From the IMG/VR virus record IMGVR_UViG_3300020442_003253, positions 1 to 60,655 of that record: 60,655 nt of DNA. One strand, 5' to 3'. Source of the stretch: a virus. Lineage: Duplodnaviria > Caudoviricetes. The notes below the pieces were generated by a model, which saw only the letters and a list, made by a program, of their open reading frames with translations, was not told the DNA's origin and searched no databases. Both the position numbers and the translations under genes were made by a program. This document shows positions 18,392-27,688 of this stretch, piece after piece; within the stretch, counting starts at the first letter, position 1; the number at the start of each line of letters is the position of its first letter.

Positions 18392-19237
18392 TTAGATCAA
18401 ACCAGAAGTCAATCTTTTTAGCGGAAAACCTGTTTCAATTTCTGGTATTGTCCATTCAGTATATGCTAAATCATTTAACCATTGTGTTCTGTCAAACACA
18501 ATTGGGTTACATATATTCTTCCAAGCTGTATTGCTGACATTATAGGCTAGGCTGTCTGGACCTACAAAAACAGGGATACCTGCTAAAGATGCTATCACTC
18601 CTGGATTGCTTGACCAATTTATAACAGCAGACACATTTGTAAAATGCATATCAAAATCGTCATATGTTCCTATAATTTTATTTGGATTTTGCAATTCTAC
18701 ATTAGCATATTGACTTAGATTTATTTTTAATTTTGATCGAGGATGAGGGCGAATAATAATTTTTTTTCCTGTGTATTTTCTAATTTCAGAAATACTAGTA
18801 TGTAAATGCGAAGTTGCATGATTTTCGTTCATCCATTGACCGCTTTTTTGATGTTGACCAGCATAAAGGATATCCCCATCTTGCAAATTCCTATCTTTAG
18901 CATATAATTTAAGTTCTGTGGCACGTTTACTATCGTTTCCTTTTGGTCCAAAATATGCTTTACTGTTTACTCCGTTCACACCTATTTTCCATGTGGTACC
19001 TCTATATAGGCAACCAACTTCTAACACAATAATTGATTTTTTTTCTTTTTGACATCGGTCCCAAATTATTTTGTTGCGTTGCATCCGTCCATTCCATAGT
19101 ACACTCCATATTACTTCTATATCAGATGGTTTGTTGATTACATATTGATATCCTAATTTTTCTATACCTTTTGCAAATGCTGTAAATACAGGTTTAGAAT
19201 TTAAAGCTCCATTTGCTGTCCATAATCCGAATTTCAT
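18392..19237 (-). CDS. glycosyltransferase-like (capsule polysaccharide biosynthesis KpsS-like, GT-B)
   Basis: IIIRPHP, WSSNPGV.A..AGIPVF; paralog of 23114..24034. Confidence 0.6.
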   Translation of the reverse strand: MKFGLWTANGALNSKPVFTAFAKGIEKLGYQYVINKPSDIEVIWSVLWNGRMQRNKIIWDRCQKEKKSIIVLEVGCLYRGTTWKIGVNGVNSKAYFGPKGNDSKRATELKLYAKDRNLQDGDILYAGQHQKSGQWMNENHATSHLHTSISEIRKYTGKKIIIRPHPRSKLKINLSQYANVELQNPNKIIGTYDDFDMHFTNVSAVINWSSNPGVIASLAGIPVFVGPDSLAYNVSNTAWKNICNPIVFDRTQWLNDLAYTEWTIPEIETGFPLKRLTSGLI

Positions 19238-19275
19238 TGTTAAATACCTTTATAGTATTTACGAAAGATTTTCTA

Positions 19276-20112
19276 ATGAAAAATATTTTAACAGTTACAA
19301 CGTTTAATAAAGAAGGGTTAGATCTTTACGGACAACGATTTTTAAACTCTTTTGCCCAAAATGTAGACAAGGAAATAAAACTAATTTGTTATGCAGAAAA
19401 ATGCAAACCAGAAAACCCTAGTCCAAAAAATATTTTAATTCTAGATCAAGAAGAAGCACTTCCTGACCTAGTAAAATTTAAAAAAACCTGGGGCAATGTT
19501 CCAATGGCAACAGGTACATGTCCTTGGCCGCAAAAGCGTCCAAGGGATCATCATAAAACTTTTAAATGGGACGCTATAAGATTTTCTAATAAAGTTTATG
19601 CAGTGTTTGATGCGTGTGAAAGAGCAAACGATTGGTGTGTATGGATAGATGCAGATACATATGTGCATAGTCCTTGGTCTTATGAAGAATTTTGTTCAAT
19701 ATTGCCAGATAAGGTATGGTTAACATATGTAGGAAGAGGAAAAGTATCTGCAACTTGGCCAGAATGTGGATTTTATGGATTAAAAGTTTCTGATGCAAAA
19801 TGTAGACAATTTATTGCAAATTTTAAATATATGTATGAGAATGCAAATATAGGAATATTTAAATTAGATGAATGGCATGATAGTTTTGTTTTTGGTCATG
19901 TAATAGATAAGTTTAAAAGTATGTATCCTGACATGCATGATTATACTAAAGATATGTTGTTAAAACAAGCTAGCACTGGCGGCGGCGGTCATCCACTTAT
20001 TAACACGATCTTAGGTAAATGGATTGATCATTTGAAAGGCGATAGAAAAAAATTACGTAAAAGTAAAAAAAGTGATCTAACTGTAAAAAGATCTGAAAGT
20101 TATTGGAATTAA
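19276..20112 (+). CDS. glycosyltransferase (GT-A, DxD)
   Basis: VWIDADT, KVYAV, ECGF, WHDSFVF, HLKG; probable start MKNILTVTTF at 19276. Confidence 0.7.
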   Translation: MKNILTVTTFNKEGLDLYGQRFLNSFAQNVDKEIKLICYAEKCKPENPSPKNILILDQEEALPDLVKFKKTWGNVPMATGTCPWPQKRPRDHHKTFKWDAIRFSNKVYAVFDACERANDWCVWIDADTYVHSPWSYEEFCSILPDKVWLTYVGRGKVSATWPECGFYGLKVSDAKCRQFIANFKYMYENANIGIFKLDEWHDSFVFGHVIDKFKSMYPDMHDYTKDMLLKQASTGGGGHPLINTILGKWIDHLKGDRKKLRKSKKSDLTVKRSESYWN

Positions 20113-21108
20113 ATGGCAAAAGAACAATATCAAGATATATACAAACGTGGCGGACATATAATTCCTGGTATCAGAGAATGTGAATCTAGATACGTAGAAA
20201 TAAAAAAACAATTAATAGGATTCAAAAGGACATTTTCTGTAGTTGATATTGGAGCTAATTTAGGCTATTTTAGTTTTAGGATTGCTGAGGATTTTCCTAA
20301 TGCTACTTGTGTTCTAATTGAGAAAGCATACGGAAATGAGTTAAAAAAACTTGCTTTAGAAAATGGGTTCAATAATATCATTGTATTAAAACACAAAGTT
20401 GACACTAAAGATTTAAATTTACTTGCTCAGTGCGAGCATTTTGATATAGTTCTTGCACTTAACATCATTCATCATATCGGTGATGTGGATAATTGTTTAT
20501 CGGCTATAGAGCAAATTGGAGAAAAGATTATAATTGAAACTCCTGCTCCAAATGACAAAGGAGCTTGTGGTCAAAAAAATTTACAATTAATATTTGATAG
20601 AATACAATCCAATTACACGCACATAGGATCGTTTACAAGGCATACGTCTAGTGCTAAAAGTTTAATGGGTGTTAAACAAAATAAGAAAGAAAAGCTAATG
20701 AAAAAATATTGGGATTGTCCTAAAAAAGGCAGTAAAGGAATTTCTCATATTGCATTAGAAGTAGATAATTCTGTTAAAACTTATATTAAGAGGCGTAACA
20801 AACTTGAAGAGAAGCGAAAGTGGATTGAAGGTATAAATCTACGCACATACCAATATTTAAATGGTGTTTTTCCCTTAAGGACAATACTTGCTCAATCAAT
20901 TTTGACTAATCCTGAAATAAAGAATCATAATGATGTGTCCCCATGGAATATGATTGTTAACGGTGATAGAATCACGCTAATTGATAATAATGATCCAAGA
21001 CAAGGAACTAAAAAAGGACAGCCAAATTTAAAAGCTCAAATGATTGCAAATGAAATCATTAATGAACAAATAAATCCTGTAGAGACTTATGTGCAAGATT
21101 ACTTGTAA
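20113..21108 (+). CDS. SAM methyltransferase fused to kinase-like domain (WbdD-like)
   Basis: VDIGANLGYFS, FDIVLALNIIHH; C-terminal HNDVSPWN and LIDN. Confidence 0.65.
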   Translation: MAKEQYQDIYKRGGHIIPGIRECESRYVEIKKQLIGFKRTFSVVDIGANLGYFSFRIAEDFPNATCVLIEKAYGNELKKLALENGFNNIIVLKHKVDTKDLNLLAQCEHFDIVLALNIIHHIGDVDNCLSAIEQIGEKIIIETPAPNDKGACGQKNLQLIFDRIQSNYTHIGSFTRHTSSAKSLMGVKQNKKEKLMKKYWDCPKKGSKGISHIALEVDNSVKTYIKRRNKLEEKRKWIEGINLRTYQYLNGVFPLRTILAQSILTNPEIKNHNDVSPWNMIVNGDRITLIDNNDPRQGTKKGQPNLKAQMIANEIINEQINPVETYVQDYL

Positions 21109-21842
21109 TGCTTTATCTTAATATCTTTAGTATGATTATCTACTAAACTTTGTCCAGATCCTTGCCATTTGACTCTCAATCCTTTAGGCATTTTGCTGCC
21201 ATAATGAACTGCACCGAAATCGTAAACATGGAATCCTTTTCCGTAATCAATATTCATAATTTTGTAAGAAGGATACTGTTCGAACATACTTTCTACAGCG
21301 TCGCCGTCATAGGGTTTTCGTAGTTTAGATATTTTACCAGATTCCCATATATCTTCATAATCTAGTAATAGTTGTTCGTATAGCGGATGTTTAGTATTAA
21401 GAATTATCATACCACTATCATGCAATCTACTATGTGATCTACCAGTTGCCCAGACATAGTTACTTACTAGAAATTCATCTAAAATTTGTTTTACTTTTTC
21501 TAGATCAAAGTTGTCTAATATTTCTATATCAGTATCAAGTAGCCAAACAAAATCACATTTAGATTTAAATTCTCTAGCTGACCAAATTTGCGTTTGCATT
21601 TTTCTCCAAAATGACCAAGGCTTTTTATGCGGTCTTTCTTTAATGCGTTGGATAAATTTACTGTTATTATTTGGTACACCGTTCCATTGAATTGTTTGCA
21701 AAAAAGGAAAATTTATTACATCACTATCATGTATAATATATTTAGAACCTGGTAATTTTTCCCAAGAAGGTAAGCAATATTGAGCAATAACTTCGTAATA
21801 AATCTTATCAGCAAGTCCTGTGTAAATTATTTTATGTTTCAT
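21099..21842 (-). CDS. glycosyltransferase-like (GT-A, DxD)
   Basis: FWRK, WLLDTD, DSG, PYD, HYG: same layout as neighbouring GT-like ORFs. Confidence 0.55.
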   Translation of the reverse strand: MKHKIIYTGLADKIYYEVIAQYCLPSWEKLPGSKYIIHDSDVINFPFLQTIQWNGVPNNNSKFIQRIKERPHKKPWSFWRKMQTQIWSAREFKSKCDFVWLLDTDIEILDNFDLEKVKQILDEFLVSNYVWATGRSHSRLHDSGMIILNTKHPLYEQLLLDYEDIWESGKISKLRKPYDGDAVESMFEQYPSYKIMNIDYGKGFHVYDFGAVHYGSKMPKGLRVKWQGSGQSLVDNHTKDIKIKHYK

Positions 21843-22441
21843 ATATTCTTAACCAAAATTGACTGTTTAATTCTACCTCTTATTTGTTGATAAGTCTTTG
21901 TTTCTATAATATTTAAAGACCAAGGCGAGTATGAAAAATCTAAAGGACGACTTTTTCCTATTTGACAGTCAGTGTTCGTTTCAATTAATTTATCATACAC
22001 ATCGTTTGTAACTAATAGATATTTACTACACAAAGACATTTTTTGTAATAAATCTGCTACAAATGCATTAGGTAAATGTTGCAATACATCTTTACACACA
22101 ATCAAATCAACAAATGGCCATTGCCATTGATCATTGACAGTTTCAAAAGTTACATTATTATTTGAATACTTTTGTTTATTTTCTAAAATTACGCTGTCAA
22201 CAATATCTACACCATAGTATTTGTCTACTATATTGTTCCAATTAATTAATTTGCTAAACTGCCAATCCCCGCATCCATAATCTAAAATTATTTTACTTTC
22301 TGTTTTTTTAATTGTATCAATCAAAAAATTTCTATAATCTTGAGTTGCTTTTGGTGCTGAGCCTGGTCCAGAACCTTTTTTCCATAAATTATTTGAGTAT
22401 ATATGGGAAAATGTTCTTTCAATTAATGCTAGGTTATCCAT
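21839..22441 (-). CDS. class I SAM-dependent methyltransferase
   Basis: GSGPGS, ILDYGCGD, GVDIV, DLIVCKDVLQHL. Confidence 0.85.
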   Translation of the reverse strand: MDNLALIERTFSHIYSNNLWKKGSGPGSAPKATQDYRNFLIDTIKKTESKIILDYGCGDWQFSKLINWNNIVDKYYGVDIVDSVILENKQKYSNNNVTFETVNDQWQWPFVDLIVCKDVLQHLPNAFVADLLQKMSLCSKYLLVTNDVYDKLIETNTDCQIGKSRPLDFSYSPWSLNIIETKTYQQIRGRIKQSILVKNI

Positions 22442-23117
22442 GCATATTTCCTAAATCTATTTTCCTTTTTCTCCCCCAAAAATGAGTAATAGATTCTTCT
22501 ACTGCTGTATTTAGGAAACCACATGAATTATGATCAGGTTTGCCATTATATAAATTTTTAATTTTATATTTTTTTGAAAAGTCTTCTAATATGTAAGCAT
22601 CCCAAGGATTGTTTAATTTCCATATTGTGCCATTGATATAATAACCTATGTAATCATTTATAAATGAATCAAATTTGGGAAATTTTGTGTTGAAAGCAAC
22701 AATACCTGAATCACATGCGTTTATTCCTCTTATGATAGTAGCAAATAGTTCGTCTTCTGCTGGTAATATATTTGCTAAATTTAATGGTTTATTAATATAA
22801 CAATCAGTATCTAACCAAATTATAAAATCATATTTTTTATAATATGTATTTAATGCATACCAAATACAATATGCTTTTTTAAAAAATTTATAGGCTTTTC
22901 TTTGTTTTTTACTAATAGACTTTTGTAATTGAGGATGGAAAGAACCTATAGCAGATCTTATATCAATTTTTTCTGACGGATAATCTAAGATACTAGGATC
23001 CATTTCACATAGGAAAATTTTATCACCATCTAAGATTTTCCAAGTAGGAAGAGTTATTTTACCTATGTTTGCATAATATTTTTCTGTAAACGATGTTACA
23101 AAACAAAAAGTTTTCAT
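22434..23117 (-). CDS. glycosyltransferase-like (GT-A, DxD)
   Basis: FVTSF, FFKKAY, IWLDTD, DSG, PWD, HFWG. Confidence 0.6.
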   Translation of the reverse strand: MKTFCFVTSFTEKYYANIGKITLPTWKILDGDKIFLCEMDPSILDYPSEKIDIRSAIGSFHPQLQKSISKKQRKAYKFFKKAYCIWYALNTYYKKYDFIIWLDTDCYINKPLNLANILPAEDELFATIIRGINACDSGIVAFNTKFPKFDSFINDYIGYYINGTIWKLNNPWDAYILEDFSKKYKIKNLYNGKPDHNSCGFLNTAVEESITHFWGRKRKIDLGNMHG

Positions 23118-24034
23118 AAAAATTCTGTCCTCATATAACTCCAGGCTGTACCATTATTTAACTCAGATAACTTATAATGGCACATTGCTAATTTTTCTAA
23201 CCAAGGTTCTCTATCATAAACCTGTGGATTTTCTATTTGTTCTAAATTGGTATTACAAATATCATATGCTTGGCTATCTTTTGGTTTAGGGTCTGTAACA
23301 AACACTGGAATACCTTCAATTGCTGAAGCTACACCTGGACTACTGTTGTAAGTTATAGTTGCCCAAGCATTGTATAAATCGTCTTTAATACATTTGTTTT
23401 TAGAATATCTGTATTGTTTATCTTTTTTAAGATACTGTGATGATTTTTTATCACCTGGATGTGGTCTAATTAGTATAGGTCTATCTGTATATTGGCGTAG
23501 TTTTTTAACGGTCTGATCTATCCAATCAGGTACAGGTAATTTTTTCATACTCCATCCACCGTTTCTTTGACAACAAAGAAGTATATGATTACCTTTATTA
23601 CGCCAAGGCTTTAACTGGATATTTGATTCTTTTAAAATATTTTGCCATCTTTCTTTATCTTTTATTCTATCAAAATAATAACCTGTAGTGGGGAAAATAC
23701 CGTCTACACTGTATCTTAGATACCCTTTATTATCACGTCCTGATGCATAATTGAATAGATTACTATCAACAATAATTGTGTGCTTATTTGATCTATTGCT
23801 TACTATTGATCTGCGTAGATTAAGATGTGGAGTCCTTGCACTGTCCTCATGTACAAAACCTTGCATAATTGCGACATCACAAGGAACTAAATGCATTTTA
23901 TCAAATGCTATACCTATATCTTTGTTTTTTTTTACTCCTTCTATGAAGTTTTTTAATATTTCAACTTTATCAGTGTTACGTATAGGACTAGGAACACCTT
24001 TTAGATACGCAACAACCTTAATCTGTGTAGTCAA
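23114..24034 (-). CDS. glycosyltransferase-like (KpsS-like, GT-B)
   Basis: ILIRPHPGD, YNSSPGVASAIEGIPVF. Confidence 0.6.
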   Translation of the reverse strand: MTTQIKVVAYLKGVPSPIRNTDKVEILKNFIEGVKKNKDIGIAFDKMHLVPCDVAIMQGFVHEDSARTPHLNLRRSIVSNRSNKHTIIVDSNLFNYASGRDNKGYLRYSVDGIFPTTGYYFDRIKDKERWQNILKESNIQLKPWRNKGNHILLCCQRNGGWSMKKLPVPDWIDQTVKKLRQYTDRPILIRPHPGDKKSSQYLKKDKQYRYSKNKCIKDDLYNAWATITYNSSPGVASAIEGIPVFVTDPKPKDSQAYDICNTNLEQIENPQVYDREPWLEKLAMCHYKLSELNNGTAWSYMRTEFL

Positions 24035-24734
24035 TTGTGTCAGTCCTTAAAAAATCTTTACCTGTCATATCCTTATACTCATTACACCATTCAACTGATA
24101 GATGCTGCATGTAATATTTGTTAAACCAAGGACCACCTTCTGTATAGTGTATAAGCTTAGGAGGTCCGTCTTGTAGATAATAATGCCCAACTAAATAATT
24201 CCATTCGTGATGTAATGTGCCTATTTCGTCATCCTTAAGCCAGCTAAATCTATGGAAGTATGCACCATCTTTTGTTTCATCATTGACTAAATCTTTAGTA
24301 AGAATTTTATTGCTAGGGTGTTCGCAGTTGAATAGCATTACACTAGACCAATTTTTCCTAGGATATCTAGTTTGTTTTCTACCATCCATTTTAACAGTAT
24401 GAGTTGGATAAAATTTGTGTTTAACGACCATTACTGCATATTGTTCGTCTGCTAGATCAAATAATTCAGTTATATCAGATTGCAATAACATATCGCAATC
24501 CATAAACAACGCCCATCCTGTGTAGTTTGTCAAAGCTGGAACTAAAAATCTTGTAAATGTAAATTCTGTAGACGCTAGTTGATCTATTGGTCTTGTATAC
24601 CAACCTTCTTGTTCAAGGAAAGTTTTTACAAGTGGCGTAATATGAGCAGCAGGAGTTCTACGTTCTATGCTATGTTTGCATACTTGATATGCTATATCTT
24701 CTCTATGATCATATCCAATAAAAATTTTCATCAT
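24018..24734 (-). CDS. glycosyltransferase (GT8-like)
   Basis: FIGYD, STEFTFTRF, FMDCDM, RKNWSS, EWNYLV, HYTEGGPW. Confidence 0.8.
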   Translation of the reverse strand: MMKIFIGYDHREDIAYQVCKHSIERRTPAAHITPLVKTFLEQEGWYTRPIDQLASTEFTFTRFLVPALTNYTGWALFMDCDMLLQSDITELFDLADEQYAVMVVKHKFYPTHTVKMDGRKQTRYPRKNWSSVMLFNCEHPSNKILTKDLVNDETKDGAYFHRFSWLKDDEIGTLHHEWNYLVGHYYLQDGPPKLIHYTEGGPWFNKYYMQHLSVEWCNEYKDMTGKDFLRTDTIDYTD

Positions 24735-25186
24735 AAGCTTGCGTCCTCCATACCTGCTACTCTAAGTTTCACAATGTTAGTGATTTGCCATTGCTTTTGA
24801 TCTAACCCTTTTAAAATACCTAGCCATTTATTTCTCAATAGTGCAAATTCATTAACTATTTTTTCAAAATCAACTACATCAACTTCTCCGTCAACATACT
24901 TATCAACATCTCTACTCGATAACGCTCGTTGATAATTTTCTAAATATTTTTTGAAAAAAGAGCTTTTTAATTTTCTTAGCTCGATATTTAAATAGTTAAG
25001 TATAGCTTCTATTTCTTGCAACTGATTGAAACGATGTTCTACAATACCCGGAAGCTCTGCTGCAAGTTTTTCTACATTTCCTTTAACCTTGCATTCAAGT
25101 TTTGCGTCTCTTAACTCAGATTCAAAATGCAATATAGCATCTGGAATCTTACTTATATCTCTTGCAACTTCGCTATACCAGCCCAT
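24731..25186 (-). CDS. uvsY: recombination mediator UvsY
   Basis: Helical 151-aa protein with DVDKYVDGE and KGLDQKQWQITN, downstream of uvsX. Confidence 0.7.
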   Translation of the reverse strand: MGWYSEVARDISKIPDAILHFESELRDAKLECKVKGNVEKLAAELPGIVEHRFNQLQEIEAILNYLNIELRKLKSSFFKKYLENYQRALSSRDVDKYVDGEVDVVDFEKIVNEFALLRNKWLGILKGLDQKQWQITNIVKLRVAGMEDASL

Positions 25187-25194
25187 TTGTCCTT

Positions 25195-25413
25195 TTAATA
25201 AAAATCTTCATCTTCCTGATTATCTAAGTCTAGATAATAGGAAATTGCAATATCAAGAGTACTACAATTTCCTAAACTATTTTTTAAAGTATTGTCTGCT
25301 ATTCCAAAATCTGCAAGTAGTTCTACGAAATGTTCTGCTGCAACAGTTAATTGTTTTTTGTCACAATGTTCCCGAAACAGACTCCAAATCTCGACTATCT
25401 GTTGTTCCGTCAT
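25195..25413 (-). CDS. small acidic hypothetical protein
   Basis: 72 aa; has its own TATAAATA (25444-25451) and AGGAG SD inside the uvsX 3' end. Confidence 0.7.
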   Translation of the reverse strand: MTEQQIVEIWSLFREHCDKKQLTVAAEHFVELLADFGIADNTLKNSLGNCSTLDIAISYYLDLDNQEDEDFY

Positions 25414-26467
25414 CCTCTATAATCTCCTCTTCCATAGATGGAGTATTTATATCTTTTTTCTTTTTTGGATAATCTTGCATTACCATATCTAGTAAGTTTC
25501 CAGTCCAATTTTTCCTGTATTCTTTGTGTTCATTTCCTTCGCTGTCGATATATCGTAGCCTATTACCATCTTTAACAAGATGTCCTTGTTTTTCAAATAG
25601 ATCTACTAGACCGCTATACGGATTCATACCAGTTTCGTAAGGAATCTTAACCTGTACTCCTTCAAACGGTTTTGCATAACGTGTTTTCATTACCTTACAA
25701 GCTGCACGGATGCCTTGCACTTCTGAAGTTTTGTTACCATCTTCGTCTTCTTTTAATTTAAGTTTTTTCATTGCAACTACAATACTACTTGCATAGATAA
25801 AACCTTGTCCGCCTGAAATTTTATCGTCTGGGTCGAACATATCTTGACTAGCATATGTGTGATTAGTTGCCACAAGTCCTACATTATGACTGCCGAACAT
25901 GTTTACGCAATTCCGTACAAGAGCTGTAAGTGCTTTAGGTTTTCTACCCATATCACCTTTAAGATCGCCCTTGCCAAACTGGTCAACATCAGTTGGTGTA
26001 AGTAACATACCTAAACTATCAATAACAAACAGTACTTTAGGTTTGTCTTCTCCTTCGAGATTTTTATAGTCGTCAATAAAGACTGAGATAGTTTTAGCTA
26101 CATCATCAATCATACTCATGTTAAGTTTTAGTAGCTTTTTTTCGCTCGTATCAACGTTTAAATTCCTAAGCCAGTCTTCATCAAGTGCGTTCTCACTGTC
26201 AATAAGCACAACAAAAATGTCTTGGTCTTGTGCTGCTTTTACAATGTTACCTGCACAGATATAACTCTTACCTGCACCGGACTCTCCTGCAAATACACTT
26301 ACTTTACCTAGTGGAATGCCTTTGTGGAAATCGCCTGAAATAAGATAGTTTAGTGCATAGTTGCCAGTTGAGATCCAATCGGTTGGATCATTAAAACCAG
26401 CACTCATGCCTGTGATAGATTTTGTTAATTGTGTTCTAAATTTACTCGGATCAAATGCTTTTGCCAT
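25361..26467 (-). CDS. uvsX: RecA-like recombinase UvsX
   Basis: STGNYALN, GESGAGKS, IDSENA, VIDSLG, TNHTY, SGGQG. Confidence 0.93.
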   Translation of the reverse strand: MAKAFDPSKFRTQLTKSITGMSAGFNDPTDWISTGNYALNYLISGDFHKGIPLGKVSVFAGESGAGKSYICAGNIVKAAQDQDIFVVLIDSENALDEDWLRNLNVDTSEKKLLKLNMSMIDDVAKTISVFIDDYKNLEGEDKPKVLFVIDSLGMLLTPTDVDQFGKGDLKGDMGRKPKALTALVRNCVNMFGSHNVGLVATNHTYASQDMFDPDDKISGGQGFIYASSIVVAMKKLKLKEDEDGNKTSEVQGIRAACKVMKTRYAKPFEGVQVKIPYETGMNPYSGLVDLFEKQGHLVKDGNRLRYIDSEGNEHKEYRKNWTGNLLDMVMQDYPKKKKDINTPSMEEEIIEDDGTTDSRDLESVSGTL

Positions 26468-26488
26468 AATTGTGCCTTAAAAATTTGT

Positions 26489-26561
26489 TGCCGACAGCAG
26501 GATTCGAACCTGCAACCCACTGAATACAATACAATGCCTCTACCAATTGAGCTATGTCGGC
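26489..26561 (-). tRNA. tRNA-Thr(UGU)-like, non-canonical or degenerate
   Basis: GCCGACA/TGTCGGC acceptor stem, TAGCTCAATTGGTAGAG D arm, GCAGG-TTCGAAT-CCTGC T arm, TGT anticodon; mismatches in D and anticodon stems; followed by ACA rather than CCA. Confidence 0.75.
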
Positions 26562-26575
26562 AAAATGTCCTGAAT

Positions 26576-26598
26576 GCTAGGAACAATTTGTTCCTAGC
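26576..26598. terminator. perfect palindromic hairpin downstream of gp32
   Basis: GCTAGGAACAA-T-TTGTTCCTAGC; no clear U-tract, so it may be a processing or stability hairpin. Confidence 0.45.
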
Positions 26599-26608
26599 TA
26601 GTGGTGTG

Positions 26609-27568
26609 TTAGTCTGCTTGTCTTGCTCGGATCATTGCAAGGATGTCTTTTGCGTTATCTCCACCCGCTGAAGTTTCTGCTACTACAGGCTCGCTTACTG
26701 TAACAGTTTCTTCTTTTGTTTCAACTACAGTGGTTGTAGTAGGAGTAGAATTTGCACTAGTATTAGGATCTCCGGTCATTGCTGACATTCCTGCCGGGCG
26801 GAAGTATTGACTCCATTTCTCGCTGTCATACGCTTCGCCGTCAACGCTAGCTTCAAACATTTGCTGCATGATTTTAACTTCAACATCAGTTGGCTTTTTA
26901 GGTAGGAAATCATTCAAATTAAACAATCCAAAAGAGTTAATTGCATGCATTTCTTTGTCATTTAAAGGACGTTCTCTACGTGCCCAATTACTTGTTGAGT
27001 AATCAGCAAATCCACCTTTTGATGTTTTATTAAGTCGGAAGTCAATACCACTTGTATAGTCAGTTGGTAATTCTTCCATATCTGGATCCATCAATGCCTG
27101 CTTGATAATTTGAAAAATTTGCGGTCCAATAATAAATCTACGGATAGGATTTTCTGGTACACTTTCTTCTTTTAGTGGATCATCAGTTACAAAGCCTTGG
27201 AATAGATACGAACGCTTTTTCCAATACCTACGACCCATTTCTTCTAAGCTAGAATCTTTAAACCAGCCACGTACCTCATTAAGGATAGCACAGCTCTCGC
27301 CATACATTTCCATACAAGGAATTTGTACCTGTACTGGCTTACTGTCGGTTTCTCCTTTTACACCTGCAAAAGGAAGTTTGATCATTAATCGCTCACGCCA
27401 GAAAAAAGTATTGTTGTTATCTCCGTCTGGAAGGAACCTAAGAGATGCAGTAGTGCCTTCTGCCATATTCCAAAAGGGATAGATACCGTTATCACCACCG
27501 GATGTGTTTCCACCTTGTCTTGATTCTTGTTCTTTGAGTTTTGCTCGAATTTCTGCTAAAGTTGCCAT
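26609..27568 (-). CDS. gp32: single-stranded DNA-binding protein (T4 gp32-like)
   Basis: LRFLPDG, C...YGESC, YWKKRSY, GIDFRLNK, FADYSTS, acidic tail. Confidence 0.88.
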   Translation of the reverse strand: MATLAEIRAKLKEQESRQGGNTSGGDNGIYPFWNMAEGTTASLRFLPDGDNNNTFFWRERLMIKLPFAGVKGETDSKPVQVQIPCMEMYGESCAILNEVRGWFKDSSLEEMGRRYWKKRSYLFQGFVTDDPLKEESVPENPIRRFIIGPQIFQIIKQALMDPDMEELPTDYTSGIDFRLNKTSKGGFADYSTSNWARRERPLNDKEMHAINSFGLFNLNDFLPKKPTDVEVKIMQQMFEASVDGEAYDSEKWSQYFRPAGMSAMTGDPNTSANSTPTTTTVVETKEETVTVSEPVVAETSAGGDNAKDILAMIRARQAD

Positions 27569-27664
27569 AATATGCCTTTCTATAAATTGTTAAATGTGCC
27601 TTAGCTGTTGCCTTAAATGTGTAGCACAAACATATATGCTACACGAGTATTTACCAAATGTCAA
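27569..27664 (-). promoter_or_regulatory. gp32 leader: nested promoters, hairpin and AAGGCA repeats
   Basis: TTGACA-17-TAGCAT with GTAAATA inside; GTGTAGCA/TGCTACAC stem (27619-27644); three AAGGCA copies before the ATG. Confidence 0.55.
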
Positions 27665-27688
27665 TAATTAAATTACTGATTTGATTGA

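Noticed and set aside
25361-25413. Frameshift suspected at the uvsX/72-aa ORF overlap
   Set aside because: The small ORF has its own TATAAATA and SD, and an acidic RecA tail is normal.
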